Source: Dictyostelium discoideum
Lineage: Eukaryota
DNA length: 64,000 nt
Direction of reading: 5' to 3'
NCBI GenBank assembly: GCA_000004695.1
Contig: CM000152.2
Location: 1,248,001-1,312,000, forward strand
Below the pieces are notes generated by a model that was given only the letters and a program-made list of their open reading frames with translations, was not told the origin of the DNA and did not search any database. The translations under genes were made by a program, and so were the position numbers. Shown in pieces: positions 28,262 through 44,766 of the stretch. Each line of letters begins with the position of its first letter. Positions within the stretch are counted from its first letter, which is position 1.

Positions 28262-30082
28262 TTACATAGCACCATATTTTGGACCACCACCACCTTCTGG
28301 TACAGTGAAATCTATATTTTGAGTTGGATCTTTAATATCACAAGTTTTACAATGTAAACAGAATACACTATTTCTAACTAATTCTTTTTCACCTTTTTCA
28401 CCTTCAACCCATTCATAGACACCAGCGGGACAGAATCTACCTTCTGGACCATCGTAAATATCACGATTTACTTTTTTAGCTACTTCCATATCTCTAACCT
28501 TTAAGTGAATTGGTTGATTTTCTTCATGATTTGTACCAGATCTCATGACGGAGGTCATAAGATCAAAAGTGATTTGGCCATCTGGTTTCTTGTATTCAAT
28601 CTTTTTACATTCGGCAGCAGGTTTTAAACGTTCATTATCAGGTTTACCATTACTAAGAGTCCATGGAGTATGACCACGGAAAATATACATTTCCAAAGCA
28701 CCATAAATTAATCCTGGTATAGTACCCCAATGAAGACTTGGACGATAGTTTCTAACTTCTCTTAATTCTTTCCAAACCCAAGATTTCTTTAATTCTTCAG
28801 GATATTCATTAATTAATAATGGTTCAACTGATGGTTTATCTTGCTCTTGTTCTTGTTCTTTTTCTTGTTGAGAAATTAATTGTGGAAAAGCAGCTTCAGC
28901 AGCCAAGATACCAGTTTTCATTGCATAATGTGAACCTTTAACTTTTGGTACATGAACGAAACCTGCAGTACAACCAACTAAAGCACCACCTGGGAAAACA
29001 AGTTTTGGAATTGATTGGAAACCACCTTCATTGATGGTTCTAGCACCATATTGAATACATGTACCACCCTCTAACATATCCTTTACCATTGGATGTAATT
29101 TAAGTTTTTGAAATTCTTGATATGGATTTAAGTATGGATTTGAATAATCTAAACCAACGACTAAACCTAAATTAACAGTATTATTCTCTGCATGATAAAT
29201 AAAACTACCACCTAATAACTCATCACTCAATGGATAGCCCAATGTATGAATTACCAAACCTTGTTGATGTTTCTCTGGTTTAATTTCCCATGTTTCTTTA
29301 ATACCCAAACCAAAGGTTTGTGGTTCACATTCATCACGTAAATTGAATTTTTCAAATAAACCTTTAGTTAAACTACCTCTACACCCCTCGGCGAATATTG
29401 TTAATCTTGCATTCAACTCCATACCTCTAGTGAAATTGGAGGTCAATGAACCATCTTTAGCAATACCCATATCGTTGGTTGCAATGCCTCTGACAGCACC
29501 ATTATCGTGGTATAACACCTCTGATGCTGCAAAACTTGGATAAACCTCAACACCCATTGACTCTGCTTGTTCACCTAACCATCTGACAACATTACCTAAA
29601 CTAATGATATAGTTACCCTCGTTATGCATTAATCTTGGTGTTGGTAATCTTAATGATCTATTCTCTGTTAGAAAGTAGAATTTATCTTGTTTCACTTCGG
29701 TTATCAATGGTGCACCTTTCTCTTTCCAATCTGGTATTAATTCATTCAATGCTTTTGGATCCATTACTGCACCTGATAATATATGTGAACCAACTTCTGA
29801 ACCTTTCTCAACAACACATACTCTTAAATCTTTACCTGCTTTCTCTGATAATTGTTTTAATCTAATTGCTGTTGATAAACCTGATGGTCCTGCACCAACA
29901 ATAACAACATCAAATTGATCTGAATCTCTTGGTGGTAATTCTTGTTCACTTGAAAAAAATCTAATTGATGAATAAATTGATTTCATATTTTGATGATTTT
30001 TTCCAAATAAAAATTTATTTGATGATGATAATGAAACATTTTTGGTAATATTTTTACCAATTAATGAAAATGATTTTAACAT
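28262..30082 (-). CDS. etfdh: Electron-transfer flavoprotein:ubiquinone oxidoreductase (ETF-QO / ETFDH), mitochondrial, 606 aa, single exon
   Basis: FAD dinucleotide-binding site FDVVIVGAGPSGLSTAIRL. C-terminal 4Fe-4S ferredoxin-type cluster CPAGVYEWVEGEKGEKELVRNSVFCLHCKTCDIKDP ending in GGPKYGAM. N-terminal presequence-like MLKSFSLIGKNITKNVSLSSSNKFLFGKNHQNMKSIYSSIRFF. ATG at 30080-30082. Confidence 0.9.
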   Translation of the reverse strand: MLKSFSLIGKNITKNVSLSSSNKFLFGKNHQNMKSIYSSIRFFSSEQELPPRDSDQFDVVIVGAGPSGLSTAIRLKQLSEKAGKDLRVCVVEKGSEVGSHILSGAVMDPKALNELIPDWKEKGAPLITEVKQDKFYFLTENRSLRLPTPRLMHNEGNYIISLGNVVRWLGEQAESMGVEVYPSFAASEVLYHDNGAVRGIATNDMGIAKDGSLTSNFTRGMELNARLTIFAEGCRGSLTKGLFEKFNLRDECEPQTFGLGIKETWEIKPEKHQQGLVIHTLGYPLSDELLGGSFIYHAENNTVNLGLVVGLDYSNPYLNPYQEFQKLKLHPMVKDMLEGGTCIQYGARTINEGGFQSIPKLVFPGGALVGCTAGFVHVPKVKGSHYAMKTGILAAEAAFPQLISQQEKEQEQEQDKPSVEPLLINEYPEELKKSWVWKELREVRNYRPSLHWGTIPGLIYGALEMYIFRGHTPWTLSNGKPDNERLKPAAECKKIEYKKPDGQITFDLMTSVMRSGTNHEENQPIHLKVRDMEVAKKVNRDIYDGPEGRFCPAGVYEWVEGEKGEKELVRNSVFCLHCKTCDIKDPTQNIDFTVPEGGGGPKYGAM

Positions 30083-30473
30083 TATTTAATTATTTTATAT
30101 TATATAATATGTTAACCCAAACACACTAAATAAAAATAAATAAAATAAAAAATAAATAAATAAAAAATTAAAAAATTAAAAAATTAAAAAAAAAAAAAAA
30201 ATAAAAAAAAAAAAAAAAAAAATGAAAATTGAAAAAAATAAAAAAATAAAAAAAAAAAAATAAAAATTAATTTATCCGAAAATGAACTCATTCTAAATAT
30301 TTCAAGCTGGAAATTTCCGGAAAAATAAAAAAAAAAAAAAAAAAGTTATTTATATAATCAATTATTATTATTTGAAAAGAAAAAAAAAAAAAAAATCATT
30401 TTAATTTTTTTTTTTTTTATTTGGTTAGTTTTTTTATTTATTTGTTTTTTTTTCTTATTTTTTTATTTATTTT

Positions 30474-32509
30474 TTAATACGTAAATAAACTAATATAACC
30501 ATCATCACCACCACTAACTACCATATCAGAACTTGAAGAAATATCAAAGAAATTAATTGGAGTACCTGGAAAAGGTTTATGTTCTAAAGTTTTAATTAAT
30601 GGTTGTGATGAACTGATATCCCAAAGTCTAACACAACCATCATCAGCAGAGGTTGCAAAGAAATCACCATTTTTTGACCATTGAGCATGAGTTACAATCT
30701 TTGAGGCTGGATTATAGTTTGAATCATAAATTTTATGTCTTAATTCGTGAAGTGGTTTCTTACTATTTCTAGCATCAAATACGAATGAACAATTTACCGT
30801 ACCAGATAAAGAGATATAATTTGCACAAGGACTATAACAACAAATGTTTACATCCAATTGACCGGTTTTAATAGTGACTGCACGTACAGTGGTTCTAATA
30901 TCATAGACGCAAATTGATTGATTGATATCATTTGAAGCTGAGGCCACGACATCATGATTCCTAGGATTCCAAGCCACCGATGAAACATCTTTCTCTTGAA
31001 CGAATAGATTTAAATAACGATCGGGTTTATTGATATCAATGATTGTTACGAAACCTTTAACTGGTTCATCAGTGATCGAACCGATACCACCTGCAATCTT
31101 ATCGCAATTCTTACCATAACCAAAGGACAAATCAGTGACAGCACATGGCCAAGACGCCATATCTTGACTATTATTGACATTGATATAATCTTGACTTGTG
31201 TAATTGTATAGGTAGATTGACTTATCTTGAAAGCCGCCAACCGCCAAATCCAAATAACGATGCAACGATAACCTCAAGCAAGGACTATGATTCTCGTGTT
31301 CAAAATAGCCCAACACCTCACCCCCGTCAACTGACCACACTGTAATAGTGCCGTCCTTACTGGCAGTGATAACTCTATAGCCATCCAATGAAAAATGACC
31401 CTCGTTACATTGCTTTGATTGGAATTTCAAATGTTGAATCGACTGATTGCCGTAATCGTAGAGGAAGGCATTACTTGAGCCCTTTGAAAGTGCCAGAATC
31501 TTTTTAGATTTATTAGTTGGGTCGAATTTAACATCCAATATATTCTCACCACCAGATCCAAACATATCAATCTTATTCATTCTGTTCGCAATTGTCTTTA
31601 TGATTCTACTCTGATTATATTTAATTCCATTGACACAAGCATTTGCCTTTCTCCCCAACTCATCACCGATCATTATCTGCTCAAATTGTTTTTGATTTAT
31701 ATCTCGTTGTTGAATCTGTCTCAATTTCTCTTGATTCAAGTCATAGTTAATATCAAGTCGTTTATTATTATTTACATCCCTTTCGAATGGATTCATTGAT
31801 TCACCATCGATACCAATCGATGCATCAACTCTACCACTCAATCTCTTATTTCTATTAACTAATCTTGAATCTTTTTTCATCTCTTTTAAATCTGTAAAAT
31901 ATCGAATTATATCAATCGGTGCTCTACCTGGTAACTGTTTACAAAGTCTATTCAATAATCCTAATCTATACCTTAACCCAATTGCACTATTTGTAATTAT
32001 CCTCTTTTCAACATCTGTCATTGGATAATGTAATTGTTTAAATCCTTCATAATTATTATCATTTTTCAACGTTATTCTACTTCTAATTGATAAATATGGT
32101 TTAATCATAGTACCACTTTTTATTAAATAATTTCTATCAAGTCTAAATTAATTATAATAATAAAATAATAAAATAATAAAATTTAAATATATAAATTTTT
32201 TTTTTTTTTTTTTTTTTCTTTTTTTTTTTAACAAACTTACAATTTCGTTTTATCATTACTACGAATATTTGTTGATTTAATTATATTCATTTTTAATTTA
32301 TTTAATTCTTTATTATTTGTAATTGATTTAATTTTCATTGGATCATTTTGTGGAAATCCAAATAATTGTCTATAATTTGCAATTGTTTGTGAAAGATAAT
32401 TTAATTTCGATATTTCTGATTTCTATATTATTATTATTGTTGTTGGTGTTGTTGGTGTTGGTGTTGTTGTAGTTTTAGTTTTAGTTTATATTAGTAAATG
32501 GAAATGTAT

Positions 32510-32548
<39 letters not shown>

Positions 32549-33169
32549 ATTTATATATTCTTACATCTTCTAAACAATCATCTTCTTCATGAATATTATC
32601 AATTTGATCAAATTGTGATGACATATATAATAATGAATCTTTATATAATTGATCATGCCTTGAAAATAGATGAGTATATTCCCTTGGAAATGGTATGAAA
32701 ACTTTCAATTTGGGCATCCTCTTTTTAATTTTACTTTTACTATTACTATTACTATTGCCATTACTATGACTATTATCGCTACTTGTATAATTATTATTAT
32801 TATTATTATTTATGCCATTTGATGTTATTTTATTGTTGTTATTTTGAAAATCCTTTTCATTTAAAGAATATTCTGTCATAATATAATTGTTTAATGCAAA
32901 TGTATCATTTCTAAATTAATTTCAAATCATGTATCACAGGGTTAGAAAATAATAATGCTAATAATAATGCTAATAATAATAATAACAATAATATTAATGA
33001 TATAACTTACGAGTTTAATAGGGAATTTATCTTTTTAAACTTAGAAAGAAAGTTAGTTCTTGAAATTGTAGGGCAAATTTTATTTGTTGATGTCGATGAT
33101 GATGATGATGATGATGATGTTGTTGTTGTTGTTGTTGTCGTTGTCGCTGGTGTTGTTGTTGTAGTGTGC

Positions 33170-33235
<66 letters not shown>

Positions 33236-33388
33236 AGAAGTTGTTGTTGTTGCTGTTGAAGTAACTGTTGATTTATATGCTGCTGAAGTTGTGGTGATTT
33301 TTGTTGTTGTGGAAGTTTGGTAAGAGTTGTTTTTTGTTTTTTTGTTGGTTGTTGTGATGTTTGTTGAACAGAGTTTGATGATGATGAC

Positions 33389-33433
<45 letters not shown>

Positions 33434-33570
33434 TGTTGGTGGTTGTGGTGGTGATGGTGGTGTTGTTGAGGAGTTTGTGTTTGCTGTGGTGGTTGAGAAA
33501 TTGTTGGTTGTGATTGGAGATGGGATTGAATTGTTGTTTGTTTAAGTTGTTGTTGGTTGGTTGTGTTCAT
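30474..33570 (-). CDS. WD40-repeat protein with a long Q/H/S/T/N-rich N-terminal region, about 918 aa; complement(join(30474..32142,32241..32422,32565..32910,33011..33570))
   Basis: Four ORF-track segments (33007-33570, 32481-32879, an unlisted 32241-32422 exon, and 30474-32108) connect in frame. The 33005-33010 GTAAGT donor in phase 2 pairs with the ttagAA acceptor at 32911-32912. The 32559-32564 GTAAGA donor in phase 0 pairs with the atatAG acceptor at 32423-32424. The 32235-32240 GTAAGT donor in phase 2 pairs with the aatttAG acceptor at 32143-32144; an alternative gatAG acceptor lies at 32134-32135. The C-terminal half carries at least 6 WD repeats (TASKDGTITVWSVDGG..., ATSADDGCVRLWDISSS..., VSGGDDGYISLFTY). 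Confidence 0.65.
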
Positions 33571-33639
33571 TTTATCTTATAAAATTATATTTTATTATTA
33601 TTTATATTGTGTTTATTTTTTAGTTTTAATTTATTTACA

Positions 33640-33694
<55 letters not shown>

Positions 33695-33842
33695 TTTTAT
33701 AATTTATCGATTCTCCATTGAATTCACTAACACGAAACTGAAAAATAAAAAAAAAATAAAAAATAAAATTTAAAAAAATAAAAAAAAAAAGGATTTATTC
33801 TAAATAATTTTTCCCGCCTTTTATTGTGAGCAAAGATCTTTT

Positions 33843-33873
<31 letters not shown>

Positions 33874-34090
33874 CATATATTGCATATTCTGGCTAAGGTT
33901 AAATTTAATCGATAAGCATATTTAAGATCTAAAAAAATACAAAAAAAACAATGTTTTAGATTTATTGGACTTGTTTTTTTTTTTTTTTTTTAAAAATATA
34001 TTTACCTTTTTTGAACTAATTAATTACTTGGAGTAAATTTAAAAATATATATTTAATTGCTCCTTGGGTGATTTCAGAAAAAAAAAATTA

Positions 34091-34132
<42 letters not shown>

Positions 34133-34369
34133 TATTAATATTCACATGTATTAAAAAAAAATAAAAAAAAAATGAAAATAAAAAAAATTTAAATTTAAAT
34201 TTAAACACCTCATTACAAATTAAAAAAAGTTATAAAAAAAAAAAAAATAATAATAAAGACGATTTTCCTATTATTAATAACAAAAATATTGATTTTAAAA
34301 ATGAAAACTAATAATAATAACAATAATAATAATAGTATTAATAATATTGCAAATAATAAAAATATTAAA

Positions 34370-34484
<115 letters not shown>

Positions 34485-34700
34485 TTGAAATTTATAATGA
34501 AAAATTATTTTTTTCCATTTGGAGAAATATTGTTATAAATAGAAAAATAATTGACTATATACATGGTTATAATTTAAATAAAGAAAAACTCTTTTTTCGA
34601 ATATGGAGAAATGTTTATCTTCGTAAATTTATATTTTCTTTAAATCAAACACAACTTCAGCAAGATCAAGAATTTGAACTTTATGAGTAAAAAAATAAAC

Positions 34701-34731
<31 letters not shown>

Positions 34732-35258
34732 TAATAATAATAATTTTTGGATAAATATTAACATTAATTAATAGTGTTTCCAACTTTTCATAAATTTTTT
34801 TTGATACTGAAAATATTTCAATATTAATCCTAATGTTTCAACATATTTATTATTATTATTTTATTTTATTTTATTTATTTATTTATTTATTTATAAAAGG
34901 TTACAAATAATATCCTCATAAAAATTGGAATTATTGAAATAACTAATTAAAGAAGTTCAGTGAAAATAAAAATAAAAATAAAAATAAAAATAAAAATAAA
35001 AAATAAAAAATAAAAACAGAATTTTAAAATAAAAAAATAAATATAAAATAAAATTTAAGAATAATAATAATAATAATAATAATAAAGTTTTTACAATAAA
35101 AATGTATTAAATAAATAAGAATTCAAATCAAGACTCATTTTCAAAGTAAATTCCTTTCTATATTTAAAAAAAAAATGAAAAATAAAAAAAAAAAAAAAAA
35201 AATTTTTGGATTTTTATCCAAAAATTTCAAATAAATTGTTGCAACCCAATTTTTTTTT

Positions 35259-35296
<38 letters not shown>

Positions 35297-35398
35297 CATA
35301 TATTGCAACCCACTTCAAAATTTTTTTTTTTTTTTTATTTTTCATTAATTTTTGTATTTATATATTTATTTATTTATATAAATAAACTACACATTATA

Positions 35399-35526
35399 AT
35401 GTCTGTAACTTTAAGTATGTTTTTTTTTTTAATTAATTAATTTCTAAAATAGATTTCTTCTTTTTTTTATTATTAAATTTTTGTCCTAAGAATGAAAAAA
35501 AAAAAAAAAAAAAAAAATAAAGATAT

Positions 35527-35562
<36 letters not shown>

Positions 35563-37516
35563 ATTATTTTTTTATTAACAATAATTTTTATTTTTTATTT
35601 TTTTTTTTAAAATAATTAAAATTATATATTATTATATTTAAATATATTTAAATTCAATCAACTTAAATAATTATATATAATTAAAAAAAAATGATCAAAT
35701 TTAATATTTTAAAACCAATTGAAATTGAAAAATTAAAGAAAATATTATTGCACCAACACCAGCAACTACTCGTGGTAAATCAGTAGCAATTAATGGTGAC
35801 CCAAAGGGTGAAAATATTGTATATGCAAGTGGTAGCAGTATTATTATTAGAAATGTAAAGAATCCAATGGTAGCAGATATTTACTATGAACATCCATGTC
35901 AAACCACTGTTGCAAAGTATGCACCAAGTGGTAATTATATTGCAAGTGGTGATGTTCAAGGTAATTTACGTATTTGGGATACATTACAAAAGGAACATAT
36001 CTTAAAAGCAACTTACAAAGTATTGAATGGTGCAATCCTTGATATTGCATGGACATCAGATAATCAACGTTTAGTTGTAGTTGGTGATGGTAAAGAGAGA
36101 TTTGGTGCAGCCATCCTTTGGGATAGTGGTTCATCATGTGGTGAAATCACTGGTCACTCAAAGATGATTCTCTCTTGTGACATTAAATCAACTCGTCCAT
36201 TCAGAGCCGCCACTGGTAGTGAAGATTTTGCAGTCAATTGGTTCGAAGGTCCACCATTCAAATTCCAAAAGAATATTGCCGCCGGTGATTTCACTCGTTT
36301 CGTAAATTGTGTTAGATTCTCACCAGATGGAAACAAATTAGTAACTGTTGGTGCCGATAAGAAAGCCTTTGTTTATGATGGTAAAACCGGTGAGAAATTA
36401 ATTGAACTTAACCCAGCCCAACAACATACTGGTGGTATTTATGGTTGCAGTTGGTCCGCTGATAACAATCGTGTTCTTACCGCCTCTGCCGATAAATCCT
36501 GTAAAATTTGGGATACCACCACTGGTCAATGTATAAATAGCTTCACCTTTGGTAGTGATGTTAATGATCAACAATTGGGTTGCCTCTGGTTTGGTGATTC
36601 TTTACTCTCTGTAAATTTAGCTGGTGAAATCTCAACACTCAATTTGGACGATGTTGCCAAACCATCACGTGTCATCAAAGGTCACAATAAATTAGTTGGT
36701 ACTATTGCTTTCGATAAAAACGCTGGTTCACTCTATTCCGCCTCTTATGATGCTTCACTCTTACAATGGGATCTTTCAACTGGTCTCGCCACCAATTTCA
36801 CTGGTCCAGCTCACAAGAATCAAATTACCTCAATTAAAATCAATGGTGATCAACTCATTACTTGCGCTATGGATGATAGTGTTAAAATCTCAAGTATCTC
36901 TAAAAAAACCTATGGTGAAAGTATTGGTGTAGATAGTCCAGCTCAAGCTGTTGCTTTCTCTGGTGATGTTGTCGTTGCTGTCTCAATGAAAACCATTTAT
37001 GTCATTAAAGGTGGTAAAATCGTTTCACAAACTGCTGCCACTTGGGAACCAACCTCTGTTGCCATCAATGATACTGAAGTTTCAGTCGGTGGTAAAGATA
37101 ACAAGATTCACGTTTTCACTCTCAGTGGTAACAATTTAACTGCCAGTCATACTTTAGATAATCATCGTGGTGCTATTACCGATCTTTCATACTCACCATG
37201 TGGTAAATATTTAGCTTCAGGTTGTTCAAATCGTGAAGTTATCGTTTGGAGTGGTAAAGAAGCCAAATCTAAAGGTTGGGTTAACCATACCGCTCGTATT
37301 AATGCTGTCGCTTGGTCTAATGATTCTAAATTTGTTGCCTCTGCTTCACTCGATTCTCAAATTTACATTTGGAATGTTGAAAATCCAACCGCTTCACCAG
37401 TTCAAGTTAAAAACTCTCATTTAGGTGGTGTCAATGATGTTATTTATGGTTCAAACAATGAAATTTTCTCTGCAGGTAATGAAGGTGCTATTAAAATTTG
37501 GAATGTATCAAATTAA
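35399..37516 (+). CDS. aip1: Actin-interacting protein 1 (AIP1 / WDR1), 597 aa; join(35399..35414,35739..37516)
   Basis: A 16-nt first exon ATGTCTGTAACTTTAA with a GTATGT donor at 35415, then a 324-nt intron and an attaaAG acceptor at 35737-35738. The spliced N-terminus [57 protein letters not shown] aligns with human WDR1 ([34 protein letters not shown]). The rest ([34 protein letters not shown]..., 14 WD blades) matches WDR1 throughout. The total of 597 aa agrees with my recollection of Dictyostelium Aip1. Confidence 0.9.
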
Positions 37517-37621
37517 AAAAAAATTTTAAAATAAAAAAAAAATAAAAAAAAAATAAAACACATATAATAAATTAATTGTACAACAAAAACCCCAACCAAT
37601 ATAAATAAAGATTTTATTTTA

Positions 37622-40868
<3,247 letters not shown>

Positions 40869-41086
40869 TTTTTTTTCTTTTTTTTTTTTTTCTTTTCTTT
40901 TTAGAAGATTTTATAAACGAGGTAATAAATAAAAATAATCTATTTTTTTTTTTTTTTTTTTTAAAAAAAGTTCGTTTTTTAAGTTTTTTTATTTTTTATT
41001 ATTTTTTGTTTTTTTTTTTTTAATATCACAAAAACGAAGAGTATTTTTTACTGAATTTTTTTTTTTTTATTTTTTTATTTTAAAAA

Positions 41087-41795
41087 ATGGATAATAATAA
41101 TAGTTTTGATTTGTTTAATTTATTTAAGGATGTTGATAATTTAACTATTATTAAATCAAAAGAAGGTGAAGAAAAGATAACAACTCAATTTATACCACCA
41201 AATCATTTTATTCCTTCACATGATGGTTTAATTTTAAAAAATGATGCAACAGCAATAGAATTTCCAGATGAATTACCTCCAAATTCATTAGATTGTTCAG
41301 TATTTTTAAGAAAATTTATGGGTTGTCATTGTAAATATATAATATTATATATTTTTTTTTATATTGTTTAGAAAAAAAAAAAAAAAAAAAAAAAAAAATA
41401 TTTAACATAATTTTTTATTAGCACCAAGTGGATTTTTACAAGGATTATATATGTATGGTGAAAATAGGTGTAAACAAGAAGATCAAAATTTATACAATTG
41501 CTATCAAATTCAATTTTCCTCTTCAAGAGAATCTAGAAATAATAAAATGGATGAAATTTTAAAGAAAAAAATTGAAAAAGAGAATGAATTTTATAAAGAT
41601 CATGTTTGGAAAAGAAGAACACCATTGCTATTTAAAACACATAAAGAAAGAGAACAAGAAAATTATTTAAATGATAAAATTTTAAAATCAAATGTAGATA
41701 ATCAATTATTTGGATATAGTAAAGAATTATTTGAATTTTTATCAGATGAAAAAAATTCAAATAGAATCTCTGAAATTAAAATTTACCAAGTTTAA
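41087..41795 (+). CDS. Twin Cx9C (CHCH-domain) protein, about 205 aa; join(41087..41330,41422..41795)
   Basis: C-x9-C (CSVFLRKFMGC), a 17-residue spacer, then C-x9-C (CKQEDQNLYNC). The pair is split by an intron with a GTAAAT donor at 41331 (phase 1) and an attAG acceptor at 41420-41421, 91 nt long. Typical of mitochondrial IMS Mia40 substrates. The C-terminal half is K/E-rich. Confidence 0.55.
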
Positions 41796-42735
41796 AATTT
41801 ATTATTATTATTTTTTTTTTTTTTTTTTGGTTTTTATTTTTTTTATTTTGTTTTTATTTTGTTTTATTTTTTTTTTTTTTTTTCTAAACAATAATAAAAT
41901 AATAATTATTTAATTTTTTTAATTTTAAAATAATAAAAGAATAATAATAATTTAATTTAATTTAATTTTTTTTTTTTCTTGTTTAGAAATTTAATAAAAA
42001 ATAAAAAAAAAAAAAAATGTAAAAACAAATTTTTTTTTTTTGATTACTAATTATACATGTACCAAATAAAGGAATTATTATTTTTTTTTAAAAAAAAAAA
42101 CAAAAAAAAAAAAAAAGATATGAAAAAAAAAATAATTTAATTTAAAAAAATAAAAAAAAAAAAATAAAAAAAATAAAAATTTTTTTTTTTTATTTTTTTA
42201 AAAATTAAAATTTCACTGTGCGCGAGTGTCATTGTTAAGAGAGTTTTGTGGTTTTTTAATTTTTTTTTTTAATTAGTTACCACACACACAAATTCAAACA
42301 CGTACACATCATAAAATTTTTTTTTTTTAAAAAAAAAAACTTAATGATAGCTTTAAAAAAATAATAATAATAATAAAAATAATAATAATAATACAAGGAA
42401 ACCAATAATATTAAAATTGTATCATTAACACAAACTTGTCAATTTTAATACATACACATACACACATAATATTTAATACAAAAAACATTTTATTTATTAA
42501 TTAATTAATTTATTTATTTTTTTATCTTTTAAAGGAATAATAAATATAAAAAAAAAAAAAAAATAAAAAAAAAAAAAAAAAAGGTTAAAAAAAAAAAAAA
42601 GATTCATAAAAACTTTTTTTCTTTATATATTTTTCAAAAACGAGACGTCTTATAAATAAATCTTCAACCGATTTGGTTGATGATCAAGGTAGAAATAGAG
42701 GTTTTTTACAACAACCATCAGATATCCTAACAGAA

Positions 42736-43623
42736 ATGTCAAAATATTTTAAATATATATCTGAAAAAGGTATTACAAATTTAGCAAATTATCATTACTC
42801 TGGTGTTGATAATTCATTTTGTGGTAATAAATTTTTAAAACATTGGTGGAATTATTGCGTTAATTTCACCCCACTTTGGTTGGCGTAAGTTTTTTAAATT
42901 ATTAGCAAATATAATAATAATATCATACATATGTAAAATATTATCCATTCAACTTTAATCAATTATTAATAATTTATTAAAAGACCAAATATTATAACAT
43001 TAGTAGGTTTATTATGTAATATTGGAATGTATTTGATTATGTATGTTCATTGTCCAACATTAACCGAAGAAGCTCCAAGATGGTGTTATTTTGCTGTTGC
43101 ATTTTTAATTTTTGCCTATCAAACATTGGATAATGTTGATGGTAAACAAGCAAGAAAAACAAAATCATCCTCACCATTGGGTGAATTATTTGACCATGTT
43201 TGTGATGCTTTAAGTGTTGCTGTAAGTAAAAAATAAAAATTAATAAAAAATAATAAAAAAATAAAAAATAAATATAGATTTATTAATTGTAATTAATTCA
43301 TTTAGATGTTTGCAATTGTAATGTCAGCAACATTAAGAATTGGACCATATTGGACATTTTTTAGTTTTATAGTTGGAATGTGGCCATTCTATTTAGCACA
43401 TTGGGAGGAATATCATGCAGGTATTTTGGTGATGGGTGAATTTAATGGTCCAACCGAAGCTCAAGTTTTATTCATGATCATTGAAATCATTACAGGTATT
43501 TTTGGTTCCGATATTTGGACATATGGCACTTCAACTACAGTTGGTAAGATTGCAACTGTTTTCGTTTCAATTGGTGCTGTTGTAACATGTTTACAAAAGT
43601 ATATATTATTTATTTATTTTTTG

Positions 43624-43662
<39 letters not shown>

Positions 43663-43672
43663 TTGCTTATTT

Positions 43673-43761
<89 letters not shown>

Positions 43762-44064
43762 CTTTTATATAGCTTTACAAATACATATAAATTAGAGAAT
43801 AGAATGACATTTGGTAAATGTTTATTACAATTAACTCCAATTTGTTTATTCACTGCATTAATTGTTATTTGGGCATCAGTATCAAATTTAATAACAGAAC
43901 AACCACACCTTTTCATTATGACACTTGGTATCTTATTTGGATACATTCAATCTAGATATATCACTCAAAGAGTTTGTCATGATGATTGTTCTTTATTCTA
44001 CCCAATTTTCGTTCCAATCATCATTGTAGTTTTAAATTCAATTTTGGCTTCTTCAGAGTAAATA

Positions 44065-44133
<69 letters not shown>

Positions 44134-44456
44134 AAAGTAATTCTTTTAAATACTAACATTACCTACAACATCATAATTAATATTAATTTAGTGTTCATTT
44201 GGTTAGTGAAACTGTTGCACTTTGGATTTTATTCTCAATTGCATGTGCTCAATTTTTATTATTTTCATACTTTACCACTCAACAATTGTGTGACCACTTG
44301 AAGATTAAAGTATTTACAATTCCATATCCATCGAATAGTGGTATTGGTCCTTCCCAAGAGTATGAAAATTCACTTTTATCTCAAATGGAGGAGGGTTCAA
44401 GTTCCATCGGTAATAGTACTGATGATATTAATCCAAGTGAAATTGAAGAAATTTAG
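42736..44456 (+). CDS. Choline/ethanolamine phosphotransferase (CDP-alcohol phosphatidyltransferase family, CEPT1/CHPT1-like), about 409 aa; join(42736..42884,42984..43221,43306..43598,43773..44057,44192..44456)
   Basis: CDP-OH-P motif [28 protein letters not shown]. Collinear with human CEPT1 ([10 protein letters not shown]..., YQTLD..., [47 protein letters not shown]). Donors are GTAAGT, GTAAGT, GTATAT and GTAAAT. Phases verified. The first in-frame ATG is at 42736. The frame is open upstream to 42610 without an ATG, so a further 5' exon is possible. Confidence 0.85.
43625..43761 (+). repeat. Homopolymer pair inside CEPT intron 3: A36 followed by T87
   Basis: Direct reading of a(36) gattgcttatttaa t(87). 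Confidence 0.9.
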
Positions 44457-44766
44457 AAAAAAAAAAAAAAAAAAAAAAACTAAATCGATATATTAATATA
44501 TAAACTTAGTAACAATAAAATCAAAAACCATAAAAATATACATCCAAACCGATAAAAAAAAAAAATAATAATAATTTTAAAAACATAATAAATAGAAAAA
44601 AAAAAAAAAGAGTAATTACTTTTTTATTTTTAAAAAACAAAACTCCCATTATTTTAAAGTTTATTAAAAATTTTGGATCATTTATTACAATATTTAATAA
44701 TTAAAAGAGACAGTTGTTGGTTGGTTTCTGAAGAACTTTTTTTTTTTTTTTATCCAAACTTTTCCA

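Noticed and set aside
42673-42735. The upstream part of the ORF-track CEPT ORF (MVDDQGRNRG...) as the start of the protein
   Set aside because: The track's M at 42673 is TTG. The first in-frame ATG is at 42736, and the human alignment begins near there. An additional upstream exon cannot be excluded.
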